Shown here piece after piece: positions 40,233 through 52,964 of a stretch of 64,000 nucleotides of DNA (position 1 is its first letter; each line of letters opens with the position of its first letter). The stretch is taken from NCBI GenBank assembly GCA_039545335.1, contig BCIN01000003.1, positions 744,001 through 808,000 of the forward strand, written 5' to 3'. Both the position numbers and the translations under genes were made by a program. Under the pieces are notes generated by a model. It had not been told where the DNA came from. It made no database searches and was given only the letters and a program-made list of their open reading frames with translations. Origin of the DNA: Kondoa subrosea. Its lineage: Eukaryota.

Positions 40233-43200
40233 TCAATTATGTTCCTTTCTCTGCAACACACCATCAATGGGGTACTTCAATGGAGAACCGTGTAGACGCA
40301 CGCTTTCGAAATCATCCGGCTTGTTGTCTTGCAACACGGACATCAAAGCCTCTACACCCTTCAAGCCCAGCGAGTTCTACAGCAAAGAGTAATCAGCAGG
40401 TATTCTATATGTACAGAAACAAGGAAGCAATTCAAATCACCTTAGGGAAGCACACATATTGTGGATCACTCTCAGCACCTATAGAAACATGTCAGAGGTC
40501 GACGAAATGGAAAACAAAGTCTGGCATACCGAATTTCTCCTAAAGGCGGCGGAACAGCGTCAGAGCAATTCAGTGACGATAGAAGAGGACCCTACCTTGA
40601 ATCCCGCTCTATCCAGTAGATTAAATTGCTTGACAATAGCTCCATATGTCTTTGATAGCAGTTTTATCCTCATACCCCTGGATTCTACATAAGCAACGCT
40701 GATGAAGCACTACAGATTACAAACGCACCAGTCTTTACCAATCGGCGTGAGGGCAGGCGGTCTAGGCATGAACATCAGTAAAAGAGTATGAAGTACCAAG
40801 TCACTGCACTCACGCAGCTCCTCCAAAGGTTGCGTTGTTGACACCTGATTTGCCCATTGTGTCAATAGCATGGAACATGATCATTTCAATTGTTCCAGCG
40901 GGTGCATTAGGGAAATCGAGCGAATATTTGACTTGGAAACCATATTGTTTAGCTAATTGCGCAAGTACAACCAGACCAACGAGCTGTATGTGACCGAAAG
41001 AGCAAACATCAGCCAGAGATGATGCTCCTTGCGGTCGACTTACGTTGTCATCCTTATCCGTTGCATAGAAATATCGCCTATGTTCCGGATCATCCCAAGG
41101 TCGCAGCGAAGCAGTGTACATCTGGATGGTACGAAAGAATTAGCAAAGATCGGACTTATCCAAGGTTTACATTACCTGCGTCCCTGTCCTCTTCGACTTC
41201 CAAGCCTTCATCTGTACTTCGAGTTTTTGCTTGAGCTCTTGCGAAAGTTCAGCATCAGCAGTGTGAATCTTGACTCCTTCTCTTTCTGCGCGACTGATCT
41301 TGGCTCGCAACTGCTTCTCGGCTTGATCGAGATTGACTTTTCTAGGATCTATTCGTTGTTCGGCAGCGGCAATCAGACAGCTCCATCCAAGTTCTTCTCC
41401 TACAGCTTTCTGCGTCGCATCATCTACTGAAGCAAAGACGATCTTGAGCTTCTGAGATTTGAGATAATGAGTGAAAGCTTTAACGACTTCAACAAGTTGA
41501 GAATCGTCGCAAAGAGGTCTCCCCCAACATATCGCGTAGCCAGAAGAAGCCTGTTATACTATCAGCTCTGAATCTATCAATAGCTTGAAGACTTACTCTA
41601 TAGCCGCAAATCGCACCAGTCTCGGTGTGTTGCCATGTTGACCAATAAGGATCGAACCAAGATGTCGCAGCAGAGTCACCATAAGCGGGAATGAGATCAG
41701 ACAGTTTAGGTAGAGACGGTCTATCTCCAAGATCTCTCTTCTTGACAAATTCGAGTGTACTGAGAGCAGGTCCACGTAGGGCATCACCATCAGCAGGTCT
41801 GAAGACAACATCTTCAATTTCTTTGTCTGTTCGAGGGAAGGAACGAGGATCTTTAGGATAAAGGGAGGCCCAGCGAATGTTGCCGAGTTTGAGGAAAAGG
41901 AAGACGACTCGTTCTAGACCGATACCTCCGCCTCCATGAGGAGGCATGCCTTGTCTGAAACCGGAAACATAGTCTTGCATGGTGTTTGGATCAATTCCAG
42001 CTTCTTTCATTCTCTTTTCTAGCATTGGCGCATTGTGAATACGCTGACCGCCGGACAGAATCTCTTCACCACGGATGAAGAAATCGCAAGAGTTAGAGAG
42101 CTTAGGATCTTCCGCATCAGGCATGGCTGGACAAGGAAGAAAACACATATTAGCCAAGGCTGCTGAGGATGCTCGTTATGCACTCACTGTAGAAGGGTCG
42201 CGCATCCAGAGGGAATTTATCTATTCACTTATTGTCAGCACGAGTGTACGAGTTGAGGACCAGACTTACCTAGAATGTAATAGTCGGTCCCGTATTTCTC
42301 CTTGACCAGCTGACCCAATTTCCTTTCAGTTGCAGTACTAAAGTCCTCATATTCAGGAATAGGTTCATCGTTTTCTTTCCAGCCAGAATCGTTGAGTAGC
42401 TTCACACCATCCTTGAAATGCAATCGAACAGTCTTTTCAGGGAAGACCAAATCTTCCGAAGGGTAAAACTTCCTAACGGTATCCAATTCTCTTCGGTAAT
42501 CAGACTGCAAGCCTCTGAAGATGGATTTGAGCGCATTATCGAGCATATCGACAACTTCATGGTAATCTTCTTCGATAGTCATTTCGAGATCCAGACCAGT
42601 AAATTCAGTCAAATGACGATGAGTATTCGAGTTCTCAGCACGGAAAACAGGACCAATTTCATACACTCGTTCCAAATCTGCTGCAATAGCCATTTGTTTA
42701 CCCAATTGAGGTGATTGGGCTAAATAAGCTGCTCGACCAAAGTAATCCACTTTGAAGACTGAAGCGCCAGATTCGGTTCCTCCTCCTTGGAATTTACTTG
42801 AATGAATTTCGGTGAACTTTTGCGAGTCGAGATATGCACGGAAGTAGCGACCAACACCAGCTTGAATGCGGAAGATAGCTTGAGAAGCGTCTCCTCGTAG
42901 ATCGATCAGTCGATTTTCAAGTCTTACTTGGTTGGATATCGAAGCAGCTGCATCTCCACCCTGTCGAAGACATGAGCTTAATTACAACATCCATCAAACT
43001 CAGCTTACCGAGTTGGTATGAAGTAAAGCTCGGTCGATATCTTCCACATGAACAGGCAGCGCTTCTGTTACGGTGCCAACAACGAAGATCTGTTGAAACC
43101 GATGATAGTGAGCTATATTACAAAGCACAGAAACATCGAGACCAACCTGATCTATCATGACTTCAACTTGATGTATCGTAGCACTATGTACTTCGTGATC

Positions 43201-44059
43201 CTTGCTCTTTGGAGTTTGCAGGATACCCTTGACGAGAACAGTGGTTTCTCTCGGTAATCGTTCAGTCCATCTAACCATATTTTGCGATACTTTGTCTTCT
43301 CTTACTGTGAGTACACCTTGTACAGTGTTGTAGTGTTGACGGAAGACAATGAAAGCGAGATTAGCGCTCTTTGGCCTGATGTGATGAATTCTAGCTCGGA
43401 AGACTACAACGTCGCCTTCTGATTTCTTGGCCATATCTTCAACATCATCTCTTTGGAATTCTGAAAGCCATGCGTTAAGCTTAACCAAGGCAGATGAAAC
43501 GGATGAGACTAACTTCTAGGCTCGGTCTTGCGAACAACAGCGAATTCACCATAATTGACATTGAGTTTATCCTGCCTTACAATATTAGCACAAACAGGGA
43601 CTAGACGTGGTGTTGACAAACAGAATCGTAAGCTTCCCGATGTTGTCTATCGATTTCAGCAGCTTCTTCACGAGCTTTCTGTCTTCTCTCTTCTTTGGCC
43701 TGTCGCTTAGCCTTTTTCTTCTCTAGAGCCTCATCTGTATGATGACCATTACCGGAGCTAGAATCAGAGGAAGTAGAAGATTTGCGAGAATTGTTCGGTC
43801 TAAGCGGTTGAGGTACAATTCGGTCAATCAGAGACTTGTGATGCTCTTTGTGAGCTCCATGGGTTCCGTGAGCGCCATGAGGAGGAGTAGCATGACCACT
43901 TCTATGCGAGTCGCTCGTGCTGTGCCGCGGGAAAGGATCTTGTCCGTCCATTGAAGTCCGAGGTGACGAGCTTTCGGACTCCTTATGGTGTTTCTTGTCA
44001 TCCTTGCCGCCGTGATGCAGCAGCTTTGAGGCGGCCTTCATGAGAGGATTCGGCGCCAT
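40233..44059 (-). CDS. erdS: Aspartyl-tRNA synthetase-DUF2156 fusion (ErdS-type ergosteryl-aspartate synthase)
   Basis: OB fold (FRARIHHIR), LAQSPQLGKQ, motif 2 FRAENSNTHRHLTEF and motif 3 GGGIGLERV. These are followed in frame by IPAYGDSAATSWFD, ICWGRPLC, QVKYSLDFPNAPAGTIE, ATFG and KFGAESDP, typical of the DUF2156 aminoacyl-transferase. Confidence 0.88.
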
Positions 44060-44315
44060 GGCTGATACAGGTAATTGGTGCAAGAAAAAAGCCTCATTTT
44101 AATATTTTCGAAAGGTTGATTCTTGGAAATCGGCATTAACAACACTAGCTGAGTAAGTCAACCGGGAATGAGCAGAGGTGACAGAGGGGCCTCAAATCAA
44201 TTGTAAGGTGATACCGCTGCCTTTGAGACTGCTCTTCCTTCCTAAAGCGATCAAGCTAGCAAGCAGCGGCCGATGCGTCATTAAAAAACGAAGCGTCCAT
44301 CTAAAGCTCTAGGGA

Positions 44316-46192
44316 TTATTGTGCTACTGCGACAAGAGACCTGAACCAAGGTTCTGCAATTATATGCCAGAAATGCTCTTTGACTCCTCGATTCCCTGAT
44401 CAAACGCTCAGCAATTTAGAGATTGAAAGTACGCTTCAAAGCAACTTACACCATGACACTGTCAAGCAGTCATGCACTCCATCGGGTATTACATAGGCAG
44501 TCGTGTCTACTCCAGCCAACTCTAAAGAGTTCTTCAGTCGAGAAATTTCTTCGCTCAGAACTTCAGCGGATCCCCAAGAAATGAGCTAGCGTTGGCGCAT
44601 TAGCATTGAGAAAGCCCAGGATCAGAGAGCTCTCGGCTTACAGTCCTGGGGAATGAAGCAAACATCTTCGCATCGTGCTGAAACTTCAGGTTAGCAGGTG
44701 ACATGTATTCATTGAGAAAGAGGCTTGGTAGTTCTTCTTTTGTTCGATTACCAGCTAAAGCTGCACGATATAGAGCTACTCGCATCATGAGTAATCACGA
44801 AGCTGTCAAATGTGTGAGGACAAACGAGACATTGCTTTCCGATTCAGGTAATCTGTGATTGTCGGCCCTAACTTGAGTCCAGCTTTGCCGACACTCTCTT
44901 CATCCCAAGAAGCTATGAATCCGTTAGTAGTGACATATGCTTCTTGCACATGACATACCAGCATCGCAGGAAGGCTGTAGTAGTACGTCAGTCAAAGCTC
45001 TGCAAGCGGTCTTACTAACTCACAGATAGGACCATGCATGCTCTTGGTAGTTTATAGCTCGTCTCATCTCTGAGATACCGAAGCAGAGCAAGAACTAAAG
45101 CTCCTCCAGCTGAGTCGCCAACCAGAACTATCCGGTCTGTTTGGCAACATCTCTTCTTGAGCTCAGTATAATGTGAAGGAGCAAGGATTGCCAGACCTGG
45201 AGAGATGCCCATTACATCTACTGCATTGACGTACGATGCAAAACAATCGAGATGACAACCTGGAGCAGGCGAGAAACAGGATAGTCGGTACTCGACTGCT
45301 ATTACTGCTTGAACGCCCGGCATAGTGATTAGATTCTTGGAAATTGCAGCAGGTGTGAAATTCTAATGTCGCTAGATGAGCGAGAGCGAGATAGTATAGC
45401 ACAAAAGATCACCTACCGGTGCGGCACTAAGTAGAAAGCTGGAGTCCGACTTCAGCGAGCGTTAGATCACAAGAGCAGCGGTGTACTTACTATCCGCCCT
45501 ATGAATCGTTTGTGAAAGTATGAGTTGCAATTCGACTTCACCTAACTGAACTCACACCATGAAAGAACAGGCAGACAAGTCCGTCGGTAGTAGCAGCGAC
45601 TTCTTTCAAACTCATTTTCGGATATACATAAACACTATCCCATAGTCAGCATATCATCATAACCAGTGGATATCACTTACGGTATACCAGTTTCTTTCGC
45701 ATAATCAGATTTGAGAAAGCCTTTCAGCAAGGAAGGATCAGCAGGCTCTATTTTCTCCACATAACCTGTTCCTCTTTCATGAGCCGCTGTCTCCGTAGAA
45801 GAAGGAACAAAGGCTCACAGTCTTTCAGCTTGGAATTCTTTGGTAATTTCGTTGGATCTTTGATCGGCATTGGAAGTCTTGTTTTGGATATCAACCACTG
45901 CAAGCGATGTTCTGTAAAGAAGATACTTCATGAAGTCTACTAAATGATTATATGACCTTTCTCTTACCTGTCATAACCAGAACTGTCTCCTTCAAAGACC
46001 ATGATTTCCGCGGCCTAGTCTTCTTGGCTACCGATAACCCTGATCAATATTGATAGCAGGTTGTTTGCGAACGAATTTACGCAGGAAGATGATGCACCAG
46101 TATGGAAAGAAGACCAGCAGGCTTAGAATAGACCAAAGAAAGTAAATTTCTCGCAGAGGATGATGTGTCCAGATCCTGAGTATCAGATCCAT
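44316..46192 (-). CDS. HSL-type alpha/beta hydrolase with N-terminal membrane anchor (candidate steryl-ester/ErdH-like hydrolase)
   Basis: HG|GGY oxyanion motif split by an 8-nt exon, VEYRL, GDSAGG, WGSAEVL and GVHD. A short upstream exon near 46305 is possible. Confidence 0.82.
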
Positions 46193-46694
46193 TAGCTCTT
46201 TTGACCGTGTTAAGCTTGTTAAAGTCTGACCTATACACCGCAGCAGGATCTACCTTTGGTGGATGTAGTCCGTGCTCCGACGTGAAAGCTTACCCAGTTC
46301 TCCATGCTTGTAGTGAATCTACATCCGCGAGACGCTCAGTATCTGCCTAGTGAACAAGGCCGAAAGTTCGGAGATGAGAAGCAAGAAACAAAAAAAGGGA
46401 ATGAAGCCAACCGTTTCTGGCAGCGGTCCTTCATGAGCAGTGATAGCTGCCATGTAATGGAGGCAGACGAGAACGGACAGGAACAGAATCTGAGCTTACC
46501 TCTCATCGAAATATTAATGACATCTCGGAGGTAAACAAGGGACGCGAATAGCAATATACGCAGACAAGAGTAGTCAAGAAGACAGCAGCATACAAGACTC
46601 GTAATCAATGACAGTAATACAACGCGAGCACTTCGCGATACTTTGCAATGCGAATCGATTAATCATACAAACCGTTCTTGCAACTCTTTACCCT

Positions 46695-47580
46695 TTAGAA
46701 GTAGTATACAGAATGAAGCAGCTGATGAGGATGATGAGCTTCTTGTCGTTGTAGTATGCCATCCATTTCCGCATCGACATCTTTAGCGCCTTCGATCTGT
46801 GCGGTTAGACTGACAGATCAGTCGTGGAATCGACTGTCAAGGCCTCCAACGCACAGCAGAACAGAGCTCCAACATGGCTTTACCGGCTATCAGAGCTTCT
46901 TCGACATTATCCTTGATTTCCACATTGATAACATGAACCGGTCGGTTCCCATCGCCGTTTCTCAGCAGCATATCTGTCAGAGTTCCTGCAAATTCAGCAG
47001 GAGAATATGCTGTATCAGAAAGGTACTGACCATCACAGACCGCATCGTAGCATCTTTCCTCGCAAGTAATAATCACATCCGAAGCTTGGACCACGCTACT
47101 ATCCTGCCACCTCTCGGGAGCGCTCTTGATCTTTCTATTCCGATCCAACATTGGTAATAGCCCATTCGCACTATAGAGTCTTTCATCTTGATTTCTCAAA
47201 TCCTCATATATATCGTCGTAAGGTGTACCAAAAGCATAAATGTTTGGTCGATCAGCTGCTGGTCCAGGTAATCGAACTGCTGAACCTGTACCAGCTGAAA
47301 TGACTTTATAATTTGCTCCAGCTAAAACTTTGTGTCCTTCCATTGATCGATTGTTGTTTGAAGCGCAGACGACGCAAAAAGTTAAGCGCTGTTTCTTTTG
47401 AGGTTGTTGTTCAAGTAGAGGTGTAGAAGAAGGTTGGGGTGAAGAAGTAGAAGCGACAGGTACATCTGTCGAAGGGGTTGCTGAACGACCTCTCCTTGGA
47501 TCTGCAACGGCTGCTAGACGCGGATCTGCTGCTTGTCCTTGTGCAGCACGCCGAGGATCTCGTAGACGAGGGTCGGCCAT
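46695..47580 (-). CDS. SSU72: RNA Pol II CTD phosphatase Ssu72
   Basis: [40 protein letters not shown] and NVEIKDN. Confidence 0.95.
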
Positions 47581-47661
47581 GCTGTAGAACAGTAAAGCAC
47601 TGAGTATCACTTCAGGACAACAAAATGCAAAAAAATTTGATGGAAATGGGTAATCAGAAGT

Positions 47662-47822
47662 ATCTGTATAACAAAATCGACATGCAATAACACTCCCTTT
47701 GACAGGAGGTTGCTGTCCGACAGCTCCATAGCGTATGAATTTTTTGTCAAGTCTAATCCTTTCAACGTAGAGGCCTGCGAAGCTGCGAGACCAGACTGGG
47801 TCGCACGCGCAAAGTTGAAGAA
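47662..47822 (-). ncRNA. Probable box H/ACA snoRNA in the SSU72 5'UTR intron
   Basis: Lies in intron 47582-47844. Layout is hairpin (CAAC/GTTG base, TGCGA/TCGCA upper stem), H box AAAGGA, hairpin (TGACAAAA/TTTTGTTA base), then ACA at 47667-47665. Confidence 0.7.
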
Positions 47823-48025
47823 GTTATCTGAGTCGAGCACTTACGCTGTGAGAGGAAGCCGGACAAGAGTGATGCGAATGGTTAGGGACAAAAAGCGAAA
47901 TTTATGCGATGCACTACGGCGCGAAGAGGTCGGGTCAAGAATTCGCAGTTGATACACAAGCAATGTGTGCTATGATAGTCTACATGCAGCTAATCTCTGG
48001 GCTGAGATGATCTCCATCAATCCGC

Positions 48026-48850
48026 TCAATCCAGTTTCTGTACCATTGATGAGCATTTAAAGGTCTGCGAACGCACAGCAACTCACGACTTCAGCTCCTA
48101 CCGCCTCTAGAGCCTTCTTCAACTTCTCAGCTTCTTCCTTGCTGACACCTTCCTTCAACACTTTTGGCAACGACTCGACGAATTTCTTAGCCTGTCGACC
48201 GTGCCGCTACCTCAGCTCTAGTCGAGCAGAAGTGCGACCCACTGACCTCCACTAGATTCATACTGGGCATGACAGCTTTGACTTCTCTAATGGCTTTGGC
48301 CTTTTGAGCAGAATCGATTTTAGTCAAGTTGACATTAAAAGTAGTTTTCTCTTTCGGTTTCTCGGCTTCTGGTTCTGCCGCTGCCGCTGCTGGTGCACCT
48401 GACGATGCTGATGAAGCTGCTGGTGCCGCATACGAGACTTCAGAGATATTCAGGCGTGTCTACAAAACATATCAGCCTCCATCTGCTACAATTTGAAGCC
48501 GAACTTACTTTGAGTGCAGAGACGAGTTCGGATGCTTCGAGTAAAGATAGAGAAGATATTTGATCTACTATTTGCGAGACTTTAGGGCTTGAAGAAGAAG
48601 GACTAGCAGAAGTTGATGGTGTTGCGCTTGTCGATGCTTCCGTTGCTCGTTGAGCAGGAAAAGTGGAGAAGGAGCGGCAGCATCTGTCAGTGGAAGTTCA
48701 CAAGCTTCAGACCTGTAACGATCATAGCCCGCAATATGCCTGACCTTGCTGCATTGCTAAATTGTGAAATTGTTCGTAGCGACCGAGAAGCCTATCGAAC
48801 AAAGCTGGTAAGCGACCATGGTCCGAATTCATTAGCATCCAGCTGACCAT
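48026..48850 (-). CDS. MNP1: Mitochondrial ribosomal protein bL12m (L7/L12)
   Basis: [38 protein letters not shown] and [29 protein letters not shown]; the first coding exon appears to be ATG only. Confidence 0.9.
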
Positions 48851-48951
48851 GATTGCAGCCAAAGAAAGAGAAGACCGTGGTTTGGGAAGATCAAAACCGA
48901 TTGTGCATTTTGGCTGGTGAACTCAAGGCGAACTCAAGGCACACTGAATGA

Positions 48952-50426
48952 ATGCCTGATGCTTCCGCTCTGACTCGTATCAAGCCTATAAATGGTACAG
49001 AGCCTCTGAGCCCGTATGCCCTAGTGATTCGCCTATATCTTTGGTTGATGCGATGCTGTCTGCCAGAGAATACATCCTTCGTGTCCATTCTGCGCAGATT
49101 AATCATCTCTCCTTCTCTGATAATGGTTCCTTCTTAATTTCAAGGTAGTTTTCAACTTTCTTCCGTTTCCCGTTTTCAGCTGAAAATGTCACAGTGACGC
49201 AGATGGCTTCGTTGCTGTATGGAGACTGAATACATTCAGACCTCTACTCTTCTGGAAAGCTCATACTTCTGGTGTTTTATGCACAGAAGTCTGGTCAAAG
49301 AAATTCATCACGTTTGTCTCCCCGCTCTCTTTTCCTCTATTACTTTCCTCTTACCTGAAGATAGGCACGGACGAGACGATCGAATTTATGTCTTCTCTTT
49401 CCCAGAATTGTATACCCCAATCTCTTCAACCGGTATCTCCTCAGGTCCCTCTCATACAAACTTATCGACCGTGGAAGCTCTGTACAGCTTAGAAGTTAAC
49501 TCGCTTTCTTTTTGCAAATGTTCTCTCTTACCTATCAATGAAGAAGAAGCTTTGATAGCTGTTCAATCTATTACTAAAGATGAGGAGATTGATGTGTTTC
49601 ATCTACCTACTCGAAAAAGAGTTTTCAGAGCTATTGGGAGAGATGTCTGGCCAATCAACGATAAGACTGGTTAGTGACTGTCTGCCTTTTGTTTGTAATT
49701 TCCGAAGATCGATGAACAGGAACTGTTATGGCTTTATCTCTCCGAATGCATAAAGATGGGTTGCGCTTGTTAGCGGCATACGAAGATGGTCGAGTAGCTG
49801 TCTTTGATTCGAAGAAGTCTGACACATGGGATGAGATGCGAAAAGAGGAAGGAGAAGGTTGGAAATTGATTTGGTTCGGCAAAGGTCATTCTCAACCGGG
49901 TAAGCCATCTTGAACTTGTCGAAATCCAAGGAGCTGACGAGCGATCAACAGTCATGGGTATGGCTGTGTCTGTCGATTTGAAACTGGCTTGGACGGTAGC
50001 TGCAGATCGATATCTTTGTCGCTGGAACTTAGCAGACCTTGTGAGCTTAATACAATCCCAGCAACATCAGACTAATGTGATGTAGTCGGAGGAAAGCAAA
50101 GAAGAAGAAATATTGACCAAGACTGCTACCAAGACTGTCGGGCGCTCAGCAGTGGCTACTCGTGACGACAATCGGATAGTTGCAACAGGCAATTGGGATG
50201 GCTTGTGCGTCCTGTTATCTCCTCTCTATTCTATGCTGATCTTCTTCCCAGTACACATATCTTCTCCGCCAAAACAGGCAAACAGCTCGCTCAGCTCGAC
50301 TTCCACAGAGATAGCGTTTATGCAGTCGCCTTCTCATCGGTGTTGCATGACAAGGCATGGCTAGCAACAGCGGGCAAAGATCAAAGAATAGCGTTGTGGG
50401 AAGTCTATCCGGTCGAATATGTATAA
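48952..50426 (+). CDS. ASA1: ASTRA-associated WD40 protein Asa1 (GNB1L-like)
   Basis: YILRVHSAQI, HGRDDRIY, LEVNSLSFC, AAYEDGRV, RDDNRIVATGNWDG and AGKDQRIALW. Confidence 0.8.
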
Positions 50427-50596
50427 AAACACTATTGCGATTTGGACAATTCAATTATTATGTAAACGAGAACAAAGTAATAATGCTATAAAAAACCATG
50501 TTATCATGCTCTGTACACACGTGCGTGTTTTTCCGGACTGCTACTTTTACTTGCTTGCTTATAATAGTCCGTTGAAATGTAATGTATCTACTATCT

Positions 50597-52525
50597 CTAG
50601 CAAAGAAGAACGACGATTGCTGATGCAAGTGCGGCAAGTGGTGCGAAGATTGCCAAGGTCGAAGCTGATGAAGCTTTGTCACTTGATTGGCCACTGATTG
50701 GCGAACTGGTCGAGTTCGATCCGATTTGAGCAGCCATACCAACTCGTGGACCGTTGTAATCTTTAGTACAGCGTCAGCAAGTGACTGGATGAGATGACAG
50801 GAGTACTGACCGAAAACAGCCACAATGTTTTTCATGAAGCTATCCCCGACAATTGCAATAGGCTGTCTAGAAGGATCGGTAGTCTTCAACCCCATCAGAA
50901 CATCAGACCTTTTCCAACCAAGAACCAGGAAAACTCACATCAGCACCAACGATAGTCAACATGCACTGGTTGTTTCTTGAGCTGACTCTTCCAGTCGACA
51001 AGTCAGCACCATTGATCGAGAAGAGAGTTCCACCGAATGAGAAGGCAACATTTGCTTTTGAAACTTCGTCGCAATCTAAGGTGTAGTATCCGGAGGAAGA
51101 GGATCCAGCTTGATAAGGTTGAGCACCGAGGCTTGAAGCAATGCTAGAAGCTACTGAGGTTGGTACGTAGATGAGAGAAGTTCCGCTATCGATAGCTGCA
51201 CCAAAGCTTGTTCCAGAGATGATTTGTCCATTGTTTGCTACACCATCGCAAGCGACCTGCCAGTATGCCTTGATAGTAACAGGAGAATAGACGAGATCGC
51301 CAGAGTAGGTTGCAGAGTCAACAGCACCGAAAATGATCATGCCAGATTGATTGTTGAGAACTTGAGCAGAGGAGTAGCTGTTTTGAAGAGTAGCACTTCC
51401 TCTTTCGAGTTGAATGGAAAATAGGTTTGAAGGCATTGCATCCGCTTGAACCAATTGCTCAGGCCAAGTGAGACCATTTGTTTGCGAGATAGTCGAGAAT
51501 GCGATACTATTCAAACACATATGCATCAGCAGTGTTTCCGCCAATAAGCTGACCCGATACTAACCCCATCAAGCCATCAAAGGGAGAATCGATGAAGTCG
51601 GAAGAAACGGTAGTAGCCACTCCAAAGACTTGTTTCTGAACAGTCAGACCATTTAACTCAACCACATCTTGAGAAACGACACCGTCAATGTTTCCGGTGC
51701 CGTAGGTGATATCGAATTGATTGGAAGAGAGAACGTTGGTGGACGAAGAAGAGGGATTGAAAGTTGCATGCTGTTCACTGGTGCCGCCTCCGCCCAAAGG
51801 GTTCCCTTGAGATCCAAATGGATTGCCAGATCCGGTTGAAGAAGAAGAGGATTGAGTAGCTTGATCACTCAGGACCCAAAGATCGGCCTGAGAAAAGTGT
51901 AAGTGAACAGCATTGTTTTGGAAACAAGAGACGAACTGATCCTGTATCGAAACTGCAAATGTTGGTAAGCGCACGAAACTAGCAGGAGAGGAGGGCTACT
52001 CACTCAATGGAGAAGACTTGAGCTGGTGTACCAATGTGAAGATTCTCTGCAAGCACTCAATTAGCAATGCCCCGAAGGTCCGAACAAGAAAAGAAACGGA
52101 CGAGAATAGTAAGAAACGTCGACACCCTGTTCCACGTCGTCTGTCAATGACACAGAAGCTACAGCCGCTCGCTTGTTTCTTCGATGCATCGCAAGATCAT
52201 AAGGTTTGCTCTTCGTGCTTGCCCGTTGAACGAGATCAGAGTGCCGTTTGTGCAAATCAGCTTTGGCGAGATTCTGGCGATATACTTCATTGTGGTGAGA
52301 GTACTTGCTCGTCAGGCGGTCGAAGTCTTTGAAGACTGCATCCAAATTGACATAGTCCTGACCATCAGCTTCATCCCTTCTTATGAGACTATTCTGCTTG
52401 GCCGGTAATTCTCCTACTATCACACGCTTTCTGAGTGATGCGCCAGACGTTGCTTGAGCTGCTGGTGCGGCCAAAGTGAGGGATTCGGATGTGGCCAATA
52501 GAGTCAATAGAGTAGTCAGAAGCAT
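50597..52525 (-). CDS. Secreted A1 aspartic protease, probably GPI-anchored
   Basis: Signal peptide and propeptide, DTGS|ADLWV, FDGLMGL, IDSGTS, IVGDSFMKN; Ser-rich linker and hydrophobic C-terminus. Confidence 0.92.
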
Positions 52526-52964
52526 TGTTTAGATTTTTATTATGCGGAACGAGAGATGCGAAAGGGTGGTATATATGTACTGCTGCAGGAAATGGCTGGG
52601 GGAGTGCGAGCAGGTCAAGGTCCAAGTGAACAACGGAATCGCGCAGTCTGAAAAAAATCGTCACCGGCCTAATTTGGTTCGAAAATAGGCACGGCCTCGA
52701 AGTACAGCCGCTGACGTGCAAAGGTCGGGAGCCAATGGTAGTGAAAAGCCAGCTGGTAGTACAGAGGCAAGGGCTGAACGATTAAAGAGAAGAGCCTGAG
52801 CATATGAAACATAGAAGCGTCATTGCATTGATCTTCTTAGAAACGACAAATGGGAAACTCTCAACACCGCTATATACAGATTAAGGATGATGCTAGAAAG
52901 TAAAGCACAACAACAATTCGTGACCTGCACATTGATACGTCGGAAACACTGGGAGATGTCGAAA

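Noticed and set aside
40233..44059. Housekeeping cytosolic AspRS with a separate downstream gene
   Set aside because: The AspRS frame runs past its normal C-terminus directly into the DUF2156-like sequence.
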